A stretch of 64,000 bases of DNA from assembly GCA_002269645.1 (NCBI GenBank), contig NIVC01002216.1:62001-126000 (forward strand), read 5' to 3'. This stretch comes from Macrostomum lignano. Taxonomy: Eukaryota. A program made the position numbers and the translations under genes. The notes beneath the pieces are model-generated. The model was not told where the DNA came from. It worked only from the letters and a program-made list of their open reading frames with translations, and searched no databases. This document shows, one piece after another, positions 30,968-42,641 of this stretch (position 1 is its first letter; each line of letters starts with the position of its first letter).

Positions 30968-31300
30968 TGTCTGTTAGATATCTGTTAGATAGCTATCGGA
31001 TGCCTGTTAGGTATCTGTTAGATAGCTATTGGATGCCTGTTAGATAGCTGTTAAATAGCTATCGGATACCTGTTAGATATCTGTTAGATAGCTATTGGAT
31101 GCCTGTTAGATAGCTGTTAGATAGCTATCGGATACCTGTTAGATATCTGTTAGATAGCTATTGGATGTCTGTTAGATATCTGTTAGATAGCTATTGGATA
31201 CCTGTTAGATATCTGTTAGACATCTGTAAAACATATGTTAGATATCTGTTAGAGATTTGTAAAGCATCTGTTAGACATCTGTTAGACTTCTGGTAAACAT
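30968..31300. repeat. CTGTTAGAT-core 11/33-bp minisatellite
   Basis: direct inspection. Confidence 0.85.
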
Positions 31301-31611
31301 ATGTGAGTTATTTGAATTTTATTGACCAAGATAAACTTTGAAAACAGTTTGGAACACTTTTCGTCATTGATTTCTCTCCATCGCACAATTCCAATCTCTT
31401 AAGTGGCTTTCCACTCATCGATCTGGATGAAGCATCCGATTTAATGGGGGGCCGAGAAAATGTCTCTTTGTGAAGCTCTGCCCGAGCTCCAACTGAACTC
31501 AATTGGATTGATTCGAGAACTTTTCAGTAGATGACTGACTGACTGCCCGACTCGGCTGAGTTTTCAAATATTAGGCTTCAAGCATTGCGGACTTGTACTT
31601 TGCCACGCGTT

Positions 31612-32145
31612 CTCATTCTATGACTCAACTATCTGCTTGATGACTCATTCTATGACCTAACCATCTGCTTGATGACTCATTCTATGACCCAACTATCTGC
31701 TTGATGACTCATTCTATGAACTAACCATCTGCTTGATGACTCATTCTATGAACTAACCATCTGCTTGATGACTCATTCTATGACCCAACTATCTGCTTGA
31801 TGACTCATTCTATGACCCAACTCTCTGCTTGATGACTCATTCTATGATCCAACTATCTGCTTGATGACTCATTCTATGACCTAACCATCTGCTTGATGAC
31901 TCATTCTATGACCCAACTATCTGCTTGATGACTCATTCTATGACCTAAACATCTGCTTGATGATTCATTCTATGACCTAAACATCTGCTTGATGACTCAT
32001 TCTATGGCCTAAAAATCTGCTTGATGACTCATTCTATGATCCAACTATCTGCTTGATGACTCATTCTATGACCTAAACATCTGCTTGCTGACTCATTCTA
32101 TGACCCAACTAGCTGATTGATTCATGACTCATTCTATGACCCAAT
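31612..32145. repeat. 32-bp minisatellite (TGACTCATTCTATGACCCAACTATCTGCTTGA)
   Basis: period 32, ~16 copies. Confidence 0.95.
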
Positions 32146-32249
32146 CATCGGATAATCCCCAAGCCAATTTTTATGCACCTCTATGACTATTCTAGATGAC
32201 GCACTGCAATGTCCATATGTCAATGTGCACCCACCGCCCACCGCCTCAG

Positions 32250-32749
32250 GCACTCTGTCGCTGAAATCACACCTAGACTACGAGAGGCAGTCGCTGTACT
32301 ACCTCACCGTGACCGCCTTCGACCTCAGCGCCACCCCGCTGGTGTCCACCGCCGTCGTCACCGTTCGCGTCTTGGACGAGAATGACAACTCGCCGGTGTT
32401 CCCAGCCGAAGGCTTCAACGTGACGGTGAAGGAGAACACCAAGGCCGGGTCTCCTCTGTCTCTGGCGGTCGTCGCCACCGACGCGGACTCCGGCGAGAAC
32501 AGCCGGCTGGCCTACCGGATCGAGTCCGGCGACCCGGATGGCCTCTTCAACATCAGCGAAGCCACCGGCCAACTGTTCGTGCGGGTGCCGCCGGACCGGG
32601 AGACTCGCGACCGGCTGACCCTGACTGTGTCGGCCAGGGACCACGGCCGGCCGCAGAGGAGCGCCAGCACCGCTGTGCGAGTCCTGGTGCTCGATGAGAA
32701 CGATTGCAGGCCCCAGTTTGACCGGCGGGAGTACACCTTCGTTTTGCCG
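32250..32749 (+). CDS. Fat-like cadherin exon F
   Basis: cctcag|GC; GTLSLKSHLDYERQ, DENDNSPVF, ATDADSGEN, PDRETR, DENDCRPQF; donor gtgcgt. Confidence 0.9.
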
Positions 32750-32774
32750 GTGCGTTCGGCTTCATATTTTGATT

Positions 32775-33120
32775 GTATGACTCATTTCTTTCTATTGACC
32801 CATCTCCTTCTGATGACTCATATCCTTCTTATGACTCATATCCTTCTTATGACCCATTTCTTTCTCATGACTCATTTCCTTCTTATGACCCATTTTCTTC
32901 TTATGACTCATTTCCTTCTAATGACGTAAATTTTTCTCATGACTCATTTCTTTAGTATGACTCATTTCTATCTTGACTCGATATCTATGACTCATTTTTT
33001 CTCATGAAAATTTCTGTTTTCTGACTCGTTAAATTTCTTATAACCCATTTATTTCTTGTGACCCATTTTTATGACTCATTTTCTCTTATGACTTAAATTG
33101 TTCCAATGACTCATTCCTAC
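32775..33120. repeat. Degenerate 18-bp minisatellite (ATGACTCATTTCCTTCTT)
   Basis: direct inspection. Confidence 0.8.
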
Positions 33121-33694
33121 GAGTATTTCTAAGCGTAGCCTCGATAGAGCACTCCGATTGGACACAGCCTCTCTAGGGAATCTCAGACTCTTTTTAATTG
33201 TTAAAACACAGTTGCACCACTTTGTTAATTGATTTTTTCAATTCCAATTTATCACCATTTAGTTGGACGAAACCGGCAATGCGACTCAGCAGCCCTACCT
33301 GGTGAGTTCTGAGCTCATTTATGAGCACTGATTGCAATTTCTTTGCGCTCGCAGTTTTGGCTGGATTTCCGAAACAAATTCGAGTAAAAAGCATTGCCCG
33401 ATTGCGTAATCAGAGCGATTGCTTCATACACAGGAAATTTTGTTACGCAATACAATTGAATTTTTTTGTACGGCATCGTAATTTCTACGCAGGCGCTACT
33501 CAAGTGTCTCATATGCAATAATTGTTTCAATAATTAATTAGAATTGACAGCTTACTCAGGAAATTATGATGCAGATATGTTATGCGGTTTGATGCGCTGA
33601 GTGTCAGTGAGAGCAATTGCTGCAGTGTAGTGCAGTAGGTGGCTGGCTGGAGTGAACTGAAATGACTGTTGTAGACTCAAATTGAATTAAATAT

Positions 33695-34375
33695 GACCAG
33701 AGAGGAGAGGAGATGAGGCGAGATGAGAGGTGATGAGAGGAAAGTAGAAAAGATAAGATAAGAGAGGAGATGAGATGAGAGAAGGGAGGAGAGAAGAGGG
33801 GAGGAGAGGAGAGGAGAGGAGAGGTGATGAGGAGAGGTGAGGAGAGGAGAGAAGAGGAGATGAGAGGAGAGGAGAAGAGAGGAGAGGAGATGAGAGGAGA
33901 GGAGATGAGAGGAGAGGAGAGGAGATGAGAGAAGAGGAGAGGAGATGAGAGGAGAGGAGATGAGAGGAGAATAGAGAAGAAGGGAGAAGAGAGGAGAGGA
34001 GAGGAGAGGAGAGAAGAGAAGAGAGGAGCGGAGATGAGGGTGAGATGAGAGGTCATGAGAGGAAAGTAGAAAAGATAAGATAAGAGAGGAGATGAGAGTA
34101 CAGGAGAGGTGGGGAAATGAGAGGAGAGGAGAGGAGAAGAAAAGAGAGAAGAGACGAGAAGAGAGGAGAGGAGAGGAGAGAGGAGAAGAGAGGAGCGGAG
34201 ATGAGGGTGAGATGAGAGGTCATGAGAGGAAAGTAGAAAAGATAAGATAAGAGAGGAGATGAGAGTAGAGGAGAGGTGGGGAAATGAGAGGAGAGGAGAG
34301 GAGAAGAGAGAAGAGACGAGAAGAGAGGAGAGTAGAGGAGAGATGAGAGTAGAGGAGAGGAGAGAGGAGAGGACG
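33695..34375. repeat. (GAGAG)n-type purine tract with internal block duplications
   Basis: direct inspection. Confidence 0.9.
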
Positions 34376-34443
34376 ATAAACTGGACGAAGAGAACAAATG
34401 CTGTCGCACAAAAGTTGGGCATGACCCCATGCCCATCCAGCAG

Positions 34444-34680
34444 GAGGACTCTGAAGACTCGACCCTCCCGCTGCCGCCCGCCGCCGCTGGTCCAGAAAAT
34501 ATGGGCAGCCCACACAGCGCAATCCGAGTGACGGACCGCGATCTGCCCGGCACTGGTGGGCCTCCATTTCTGTGGACAATCGTGGAGGGCGACAACCTGC
34601 GCTACCGGCTCAACGATGGCCGGCTGAGCGTCGGTCAGGACACCCAGTTTCGGCCAGGGGCCGAACGGCTCAGGGTGCAA
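34444..34680 (+). CDS. Fat-like cadherin exon G (NAGNAG acceptor, start 34441 or 34444)
   Basis: ccagcag|GAG; EDSEDS...IRVTDRDLPG...RLRVQ; donor gtgagt; phase 0-0. Confidence 0.85.
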
Positions 34681-34877
34681 GTGAGTTTTTAAATTCTTTT
34701 TGTCTACTTATGAGTAGCAAATGAGGAATATGTAAAGATTCGGATCTATTCGTATTTAACTTCTCAGTTATCGCACGGTCTTGAGTGATCCCTCTGATGC
34801 GCTTCTTTTGTCAATTTTCCCAACACACCTATTAGAGTTTACCTTAGCCAATCTTCTGAGATGTTTCCATATCAGAC

Positions 34878-35135
34878 CCCTGACCCATCCCCTGACCCAT
34901 TCCCTGACCCATCCCTTGACCCATCTCCTGACGCATCCCTTGACCCATCCCTTGACCCATTCCCTGACCCATCCCTTGACTCATTCCCTGACCCATCCCT
35001 TGACCCATTCCCTGACCCATCCCTTGACCCATTCCCTGACCCATCCCTTGACCCATCTCCTGACTCATCCCTTGACCCATCTCTTGACCCATCCCCTGAA
35101 CCTATCCTCTGACCCATCCTTTAACCCCCCTCTGA
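34878..35135 (+). repeat. 12-bp minisatellite (TGACCCATCCCY)n
   Basis: ~21 copies; inverted relative to 35718-36140. Confidence 0.95.
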
Positions 35136-35155
35136 CCTGAACTCGCCCCCCTCAG

Positions 35156-35710
35156 GTGTGCGACAGCGGCGCTTCCATCCTGTGCAACACCGCCACGGTC
35201 ATCGTCCGCGCCATCCGCTCCAACGTCGCCCCGCCTCGTCTTCAGCCGCTGAACGCCACCGTCGTGTTCCTCCGACCGCCGGAACGCGGCGTCCGCCTCG
35301 CCGACCTGTCTCTGCTAGACGGCGACGGCATCGGCGTTGGTCCCGGGGTTCGAATCCGGCTACGTTCGCACGCCGATCTGTTCGATGTGTCCCCGAGCGG
35401 TGCCCTGCTGGTTGCCAATGGCAACCGGGTAGCCAGCGGCAGCCCGGCTCTCCTCCGAGTCCGCGTGGAGACCGAGAGGTCCGGCCTGCGCGCCTGGCAG
35501 GAGGCTCGGCTGCGGGTTGTCATGGCAACCGAGGCGGCGCTAAGAGGGGCGGTGGCCATCCGCATAGCCAATCAGAGCGGCCCGGTGTTCCTGTATGCTG
35601 GCCTGGACACCAGGCTGGTGGAGGCGGTGGCCAATCAGCTGGGCGGACAGGTGGACGACGTTCAGCTGCTGGGAATTCAAGCTGCCCAAACACAGCCTGA
35701 TGACCTGATG
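35156..35710 (+). CDS. Fat-like cadherin exon H (last cadherin repeat and membrane-proximal region)
   Basis: cctcag|GTG; VCDSGASILCNTATVIVRAIRSNVAPP...DDLM; donor gtgagc; 555 nt, phase 0-0. Confidence 0.85.
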
Positions 35711-35717
35711 GTGAGCT

Positions 35718-36140
35718 GGGGATGGGTCAGAGCATTGGCCAGGGGATGGGTCCAATAATGCGAAAGAGGATGGGTCAGGAGATGAGTCAGAAGATGATTC
35801 AGAAGATGGGTCAGGAGATGGGTCAGGAGATGAGTCAGGACATGGGTCAGAGAATGGGTCAGGGGATGGGTCAGGAGATGGGTCAGGAGATGGGTCAGAG
35901 AATGGGTCAGGAGATGGGTCAGAGAATGGGTCAGAGAATGGGTCAGAGGATGGGTCAGGAGATGGGTCAGAGGATTATTCAAAAGATGGGTCAGGAGATG
36001 GGTCAGAGGATTATTCAAAGGATGGGTCAGGAGATGGGTCAGGAGATGGGTCAGGAGATGGGTCAGGAGATGGGTCAAGAGATTGGTCAGAGGATGGGTC
36101 AGGGGATGGGTCAAGGGATGGATCAGGAGATGGGTCACTG
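35718..36140 (-). repeat. 12-bp minisatellite (GGAGATGGGTCA)n, reverse complement of 34878-35135
   Basis: ~35 copies. Confidence 0.95.
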
Positions 36141-36277
36141 AGATAAGTCATAGCTATTGGACAGAAGATATTTTGTAGGCAGGTCCAGCCTTCTGATCTG
36201 TGGTAGGTCAGAAGATGAGTACTGGGGCAGCAAACAGCCGTCAGTAGCTCAGAACGGCCGCCGCATCCCATCGCCAG

Positions 36278-36682
36278 GTCATCCTCTCAGTTTACGACCG
36301 GGCCAGCCGCAAGTACTTGGCGCCTGCCCAGCTGGCCTCTCGCATTCGGGCCGGCCGGCTGTCCGCTCAGCTCGGCTACAGCGTTGCCATGGAAACCAGC
36401 GACGGCAAGCTGGGCTGCCCGTCAACTATTCGGCCGCTACCCGGCGAGCCGGAAACGCGCCTAGCAACCGCTCAAGTCGCCTTCCTGTCGCCGCGATTCG
36501 CCGTCGGTTCGACATCGACGAGCGGCTGCGACGTGTCGCCGACTGCAATGCCGGGCTCGAGTTCGATGCGGGTTCGCAGCGGCGGCGGGCCGGGCATCGG
36601 CGAGCCGGCGGTTTGGCGAGTGCCGGCCGGCGACGGCTGGCGGCCGCTCGAGCTGCTGCGACTCGAACTGCGCACCGTTCAG
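36278..36682 (+). CDS. Fat-like cadherin exon I (pre-LamG Cys region, start of LamG)
   Basis: cgccag|GTC; VILSVYDRASRKYLAP...ATAQVAFLSPRF...LELRTVQ; donor gtggga. Confidence 0.8.
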
Positions 36683-36767
36683 GTGGGAACATCCTGCTGG
36701 CCTGAGGCTGCAGCCCCGTGATCATGGGTTGTTTGGTCGTAAAAATGTTATAGATACTTTTTCGGAG

Positions 36768-37755
36768 AGGATCATAGTGTCACTGAGAGGGTCATAGTGT
36801 CACTGAGAGTGTCATAGAGTCACTGAGAGGGTCATAGTGTCACTGAGAGGATCATAGTGTCACTGAGAGGGTCATAGTGTCACTGAGAGGGTCTTAGTGT
36901 CGCTGAGAGGGTCATGGTGTCACTGAGAGGATCATAGTGTCACTGAGAGGGTCATAGTGTCACTGAGAGGGTCATAGTGTCACTGAGAGGGTCATAGTGT
37001 CACTGAGAGGGTCTTAGTGTCGCTGAGAGGGTCATAGTGTCACTGAGAGTGTCATAGAGTCACTGAGAGGGTCATAGTGTCACTGAGAGGGTCATAGTGT
37101 CACTGAGAGGGTCATAGTGTCACTGAGAGGGTCATGGTGTCGCTGAGAGGGTCATAGTGTCACTGAGAGGGTCATGGTGTCACTGAGAGGATCATAGTGT
37201 CACTGAGAGGGTCATAGTGTCACTGAGAGGGTCATAGTGTCACTGAGAGGGTCATAGTGTCACTGAGAGGGTCTTAGTGTCGCTGAGAGGGTCATAGTGT
37301 CACTGAGAGTGTCATAGAGTCACTGAGAGGGTCATAGTGTCACTGAGAGGGTCATAGTGTCACTGAGAGGGTCATAGTGTCACTGAGAGGGTCATGGTGT
37401 CGCTGAGAGGGTCATAGTGTCACTGAGAGGGTCATGGTGTCACTGAGAGGATCATAGTGTCACTGAGAGGGTCATAGTGTCACTGAGAGGGTCATAGTGT
37501 CACTGAGAGGGTCATGGTGTCACTGAGAGGATCATAGTGTCACTGAGAGGGTCATAGTGTCACTGAGAGGGTCATAGTGTCACTGAGAGGGTCATGGTGT
37601 CACTGAGAGGATCATAGTGTCACTGAGAGGGTCATAGTGTCACTGAGAGGGTCATAGTGTCACTGAGAGGGTCATAGTGTCACTGAGAGGGTCATAGTGT
37701 CACTGAGAGGGTCATAGTGTCACTGAGAGGGTCATAGTCCCCTGAGAGGGTCATA
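36768..37755. repeat. 20-bp minisatellite (GGGTCATAGTGTCACTGAGA)
   Basis: ~49 copies. Confidence 0.95.
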
Positions 37756-37848
37756 GGGAGGATTTAGTGTCAGACAAGCGACTGTTTTATGGATTTTAAA
37801 CTGGTCAATTTTGAGCCCTCTGAACTCCTGCCACCCTCCGCCCCGCAG

Positions 37849-38087
37849 GAGTCGGCCGGTCAGCTCTTGCGCGTGTCGTGGCCCGGTGACGAGAGGACGG
37901 CGGCAACAGAGCCGGACAGCGGAATCGAACTCAGGCTGACAGCTGAAGGCCGTCTGGTGTCGAATTCCGGCGGTAAAAGCGGAGGCGGCGGCGGTGGTGG
38001 TGGCCCAGGCTCGGGCGGGTCGGTGGTTAGCGACGGCCAGTGGCACTTGGTGGAGCTGAGAGCTTTTCCGGAAATGAGCAATGCAAA
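37849..38087 (+). CDS. Fat-like cadherin exon J (laminin G)
   Basis: ccgcag|GAG; VVSDGQWHLVEL LamG motif; donor AA|gtgagc. Confidence 0.85.
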
Positions 38088-38350
38088 GTGAGCTGTTGGC
38101 TGTGCGAGGGTAGCGGGGGAATTTTAGTCTTTATGTTAAAAGGAGTTACCGGTATCTAGTGACCAAGGCACATTGAAGTGTACATGTCTGTCAATTAGAA
38201 AGTCAGGGCCGCTGTTCACTCCTGTGTGAGTGTGTGCCTGCTCAGGGGAGTCGGCGGTTATTGGCAATTAATGCCTCTCGCCGGTTGTTGTGACAATGTC
38301 GCTTTATACGCAAGTAAACCCACCCCCACCCGTGCATCAAAACACGACAG

Positions 38351-38797
38351 CAGTTCAACGGTCACCATGGAGCTCACGGTGGACTCCGCCGACCCCGTCT
38401 ACTGGGACTTGCTCTCCGACTCGGCGAGGCTGTTTTTAAACTCGCGCCAACGCGAGGTCGCCCTGGGCGGCGGCTTCACCGGCTGTCTGCGAGCCGGCGA
38501 GTCCTCCGGCCGCCCGCTGGCGACGCCGCTGATTGTCCGCTCCGATCCGCGCTGGCAGAGCGGCGCCGCCTGCTCCGACGCTTTCCTGACGTCGGCTTGC
38601 GGACGGGGGCCCTGCCAGAACGCCGGCGCCTGCAGGGACGTCGGCGGCGAAGGCGGCAACAACTTCGTGTGCGACTGTCGGCCACCGTTCGCTGGCCAGC
38701 AGTGCGAGGTGAACACGGAGCCCTGCGCTGCGGGCGAGAATCCCTGCCTGAACGGCGGCACCTGCCATCCGCTGGGCGGCGCTGGGGCCGGATACAA
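38351..38797 (+). CDS. Fat-like cadherin exon K (LamG end and EGF repeats)
   Basis: gacag|C (NAGNAG); GFTGCL, CGRGPCQNAGAC...CDCRPPFAGQQCE, PCLNGGTC; donor gtgaga. Confidence 0.85.
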
Positions 38798-38805
38798 GTG
38801 AGACA

Positions 38806-39175
38806 ATGGTCATAGAGTCACTGAGAGGGTCATAGAGTCACTGAGAGGGTCATAGAGTCACTGAGAGGGTCATAGTGTCGCTGAGAGGGTCATGGTGTCA
38901 CTGAGAGGGTCATAGTATCACTGTGAGGGTCATAGTGTCACTGAGAGGGTCATAGTGTCACTGAGAGGGTCATGGTGTCACTGAGAGGGTCATGGTGTCA
39001 CTGAGAGGGTCATAGTATCACTGTGAGGGTCATAGTGTCACTGAGAGGGTCATAGTGTCGCTGAGAGGGTCATGGTGTCACTGAGAGGGTCATAGTATCA
39101 CTGTGAGGGTCATAGTGTAACTGAGAGGGTCATAGTGTCGCTGAGAGGGTCATGGTGTCACTGAGAGGGTCATAT
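38806..39175. repeat. 20-bp minisatellite, same family and orientation as 36768-37755
   Basis: same unit GGGTCATAGTGTCACTGAGA. Confidence 0.95.
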
Positions 39176-39200
39176 TGCCACTTTGTTTACCTTTATCCAG

Positions 39201-39449
39201 GTGCGAATGTCCCGCCGGCCTGGGCGGCAGCCGCTGCCAGTCCGGCCTCTTCTGCGGCCCCGACGTGTCGCCCTGCCAGCACGGCGGCCGCTGCGAGGAG
39301 TCGCCAGCCGGGGCCGTCTGCCACTGCGGCGGCACTGGCTTCACCGGGCCATCCTGCTCCGAGGACGTCGACGAGTGCAGCATTGAAGCGTCGGCGACGC
39401 CGCCTTGCGGCGTTGGTGGCATCTGCATCAACCTGCCGGGTAGTTTCAG
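39201..39449 (+). CDS. Fat-like cadherin exon L (EGF and calcium-binding EGF)
   Basis: atccag|G; CECPAGLGGSRC, PCQHGGRC, EDVDEC...CINLPGSF; donor gtgagt. Confidence 0.9.
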
Positions 39450-39548
39450 GTGAGTTTGTTGAGCAGACAGCAGACCCCTTCACATTGCACACTCTGCCGC
39501 ACCAATCAGACTCACAGAGCAACCACCGCGCTGCCTCCCGCAATCCAG

Positions 39549-39888
39549 GTGCAACTGCACCCTGGGCTACAGCGGCCGGAACTGCGAAACATTTCGACTG
39601 CCCGGAGTTCTGGGCAGCGGAGCCGGCAGCGGCGACGGAGGCGGTGGCATTCTCGGCAGCGGGCTGAGCACGGTGGAGCTTGTCGCCATCTCCGGAGCCA
39701 GCGCCATCATCCTCCTGCTAGCCTTGATGGTCTTCCTCTGCGTCTCCTGCTGCCTGCGCCGTCGGCAGAGGCGCGGGCGCTGCGTCAACGGCGCCGCCAA
39801 TGGCAAGCTGGCGCAGCAACAGCAGCAGCTGCAACGACGACGGAGGCAGTCTGACGATGGCACCGACTTTGATGGCTGTCAGCAGATG
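39549..39888 (+). CDS. Fat-like cadherin exon M (EGF end and transmembrane helix)
   Basis: atccag|G; CNCTLGYSGRNCE; TM VELVAISGASAIILLLALMVFLCVSCCL followed by RRRQRR; donor gtgagc. Confidence 0.9.
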
Positions 39889-39949
39889 GTGAGCTACCTG
39901 TCACAGAGTTGACAGAGCACACACAACACTCAGATCTCGGAAACCAACC

Positions 39950-40125
39950 GCCACCCCAATGTGCACCCCTGGACAATCACCACCCCAATCTGCACCCCTG
40001 GACAATCACCCGCCACCCCAATGTGCACCCCTGGACAATCACCCGCCACCCCAATGTGCACCCCTAGACAATCACCCGCCACCCCAATGTGCATCCCTAG
40101 ACAATCACCCGCCACCCCAACCTGC
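39950..40125. repeat. 33-bp minisatellite, ~5 copies
   Basis: ATGTGCACCCCTGGACAATCACCCGCCACCCCA. Confidence 0.9.
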
Positions 40126-40136
40126 ACTTTGCGCAG

Positions 40137-40563
40137 CTGGGCGACCCCTCGGAGGCGCTGGCGCTGGTCACGCTGGCCAGCGGGGAGACTCGCATTGTGC
40201 CGCAGCGCGAGCTGGACTGCGTGCTGTCGCCAGCGACGCCAACCTACGCCTGCTTCGAGAAGCCGACGCCGGGCCTCGCTGCCAGTGTCAGTGGCGGAGG
40301 CGTCGGCGGTCGAGCTTCCTGCTGCTCGCTGGCTTCAACGTCTTCAGCGGCGGCGGCGGCTGCTGCTGCAGCCGCGGCAGCTGCATCGGGCGGCACGCCG
40401 ACTCGCTGCTTGACGCCGAGTAGCAGCAGCGGCCTCGGCAGCGCCGGCACCCGAAGGATGCAAGCGGCTCGGCTGCCGCACCAGCACTCCGGGCTGGGCG
40501 TCGGTCACTACGGCTGCTGCCAGGGCGTCGCAGGGGTGCCGCTGAGCGACGTTGACGAACAGG
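40137..40563 (+). CDS. Fat-like cadherin exon N (cytoplasmic)
   Basis: gcgcag|CTG; open frame LGDPSEALAL...DVDEQG; donor gtgagt; phase 0 to 1. Confidence 0.75.
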
Positions 40564-40569
40564 GTGAGT

Positions 40570-40850
40570 GAATGTGTCACTCCGATTGTGTCACTCACTC
40601 AAATTGTCACTCACTCCGATTGTGTCACTCACTCCGATTGTCACTCACTCCGATTGTGTCACTCACTCCGACTGTGTCACTCACTCCAATTGTGTCACTC
40701 ACTCCAATTGTGTCACTCACTCCAATTGTGTCACTAATTCAGATCATGTCACTCACGCCGATTGTGTCACTCACTCCGACTGTGTCACTCACTCCGATTG
40801 TGTCACTCACTCCGATTGTGTCACTCACTTTGATTGTGTCATCCACTCCT
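40570..40850. repeat. 18-bp minisatellite (TGTGTCACTCACTCCGAT)
   Basis: ~15 copies starting right after the exon N donor. Confidence 0.9.
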
Positions 40851-40886
40851 ATCAGTACTGAATTTTTATTGACTTGCCATTTCCAG

Positions 40887-40940
40887 GATACTACAACGCG
40901 CGCTGGATCTTTGCACCCAGCTTCGGATCCTCTCAGCAAG
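40887..40940 (+). CDS. Fat-like cadherin 54-nt symmetric micro-exon (candidate cassette)
   Basis: atttccag|GA...CAAG|gtttaa; GYYNARWIFAPSFGSSQQ; phase 1-1. Confidence 0.5.
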
Positions 40941-41079
40941 GTTTAAAAAACATACTACTGATGCAGACATACTAAACTACTAAAACAAATCGAATTGATG
41001 CAGATTGAGCCCTTCAAACTACTAATTTACTGGATTTACAGTGAAATCTCTCACACAATCGGGAGCTGTGATGGGCGTT

Positions 41080-41640
41080 TTGGCGCCACTCTAAATTAAA
41101 TTTTGGCGACACTCTAAATCAGATTTTGGCGCCCCTCTAAATTAGATTTTGGCGCCACTCTAAATCAGATTTTGGCGCCACTCTAAATTAGATTTTGGCG
41201 CCACTCTAAATCAGATTTTGGCGCCACTCTAAATTAAATTTTGGCGACACTCTAAATCAGATTTTGGCGCCACTCTAAATCAGATTTTGGCGCCCCTCTA
41301 AATTAGATTTTGGCGCCACTCTAAAAAAGATTTTGGCGCCACTCTAAATCAGATTTTGGCGCCACTCTAAATCAGATTTTGGCGCCACTCTAAATTAGAT
41401 TTTGGCGCCACTCTAAATCAGATTTTGGCGCCACTCTAAATTAGATTTTGACGCCACTCTAAAATAGATTTTGGCGCCACTCTAAATTAGATTTTGGCAC
41501 CACTCTAAAAAAGATTTTGGCGCCACTCTAAATTAGATTATGGCACCACTCTAAATTAGATTTTGGCGCCACTCTAAAAAAGATTTTGGCGCCACTCTAA
41601 ATCAGATTTTGGCGCCCCTTTAAAATAGATTTTGGCGCCA
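41080..41640. repeat. 23-bp minisatellite (GATTTTGGCGCCACTCTAAATCA)
   Basis: ~24 copies. Confidence 0.95.
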
Positions 41641-41883
41641 TCGCCCCAGTTTTGCTCCTTGAACAATTTAAAAATTTAATTAACAATGTAATTTTATTCA
41701 TCAAAATTCAACCTTACTAAAAACGCTTGCAATCCTACTGACAAGTAGCATAAACAGTGCCTGACGAAATCGGTGAGACCGCACAAAGCTCAATCCAAAC
41801 GGTTAGCTGGTATTGCAAAACGTTACCAATAGTAGTGCCGTATAAACGCCTGTGATTCCTGCCTGCCCTCCGCTTTGCTGCAG

Positions 41884-42641
41884 GCTTTCACTGGGACACC
41901 TCCGACTGGCACGGAGCTGCTGGCACCGCCGCTGCCGCCACGCCGGGCAACCCGCAGCAGCCGGACCTGCTGCAGGACAATCCGTTTTATTGCGTCCTGG
42001 GCGGCAGCCAGCAGCTGCACCACTGCTGCCAGCACAGCCGCTGCTCATCGTCTGGCCTGAGCTCGCCGTCGCACCTCTGTCATCATCACCAGCATCAGCA
42101 GCAACCGCAGGTGTACGGCCGAGGCTCCGCTGCGACTCTCCGTCTGCCGCAGTGCCAGCAGCATCCGCAGCAGCATCATCTGTTTGCGTCGTCACCTTCG
42201 CCGCACTCGCAGGAGTCGCTGCCGAGCTGTGCCAGCAGCGCCTGCGGCGGCGGCGGCGGCGGACCTGCCGGAGTTCGCCGTCTTGTCAGCCTGCAGCAGC
42301 GGCTGCAGCTTCAGCGAGCTGGCGCCGCCACCAGAACGTCGGCGAATGCAGCAGGAGCCACCGACGAAGTCGACGACTTTGAAGAAGTTGACGTCTCGCA
42401 GTCGGCCTCTGAAGTTGCCGCCAGATCCGCCGGTGGTGTGATGACCGCATCGACAACATCGACTTTTCGCGGCAGCGGCGGCAGCGGCACCGCCGCGACC
42501 AGCAGCGGCGGCTCCTCGGGCGGCCAGATGGCGTCTCCGGGCTCCGAGCTGGGTGGCGTCCCTCTCGGTGGCAAGACAGCTGCCGTCACCACATCCGTGG
42601 CCGCGTCTTCGGTGGCTTCGGCCCAGTCTGAACGATGCTAG
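41884..42641 (+). CDS. Fat-like cadherin terminal exon
   Basis: ctgcag|GC; GFHWDTSDW, NPFY, ends AQSERC-TAG; in frame with ORF 42111-42641. Confidence 0.9.
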
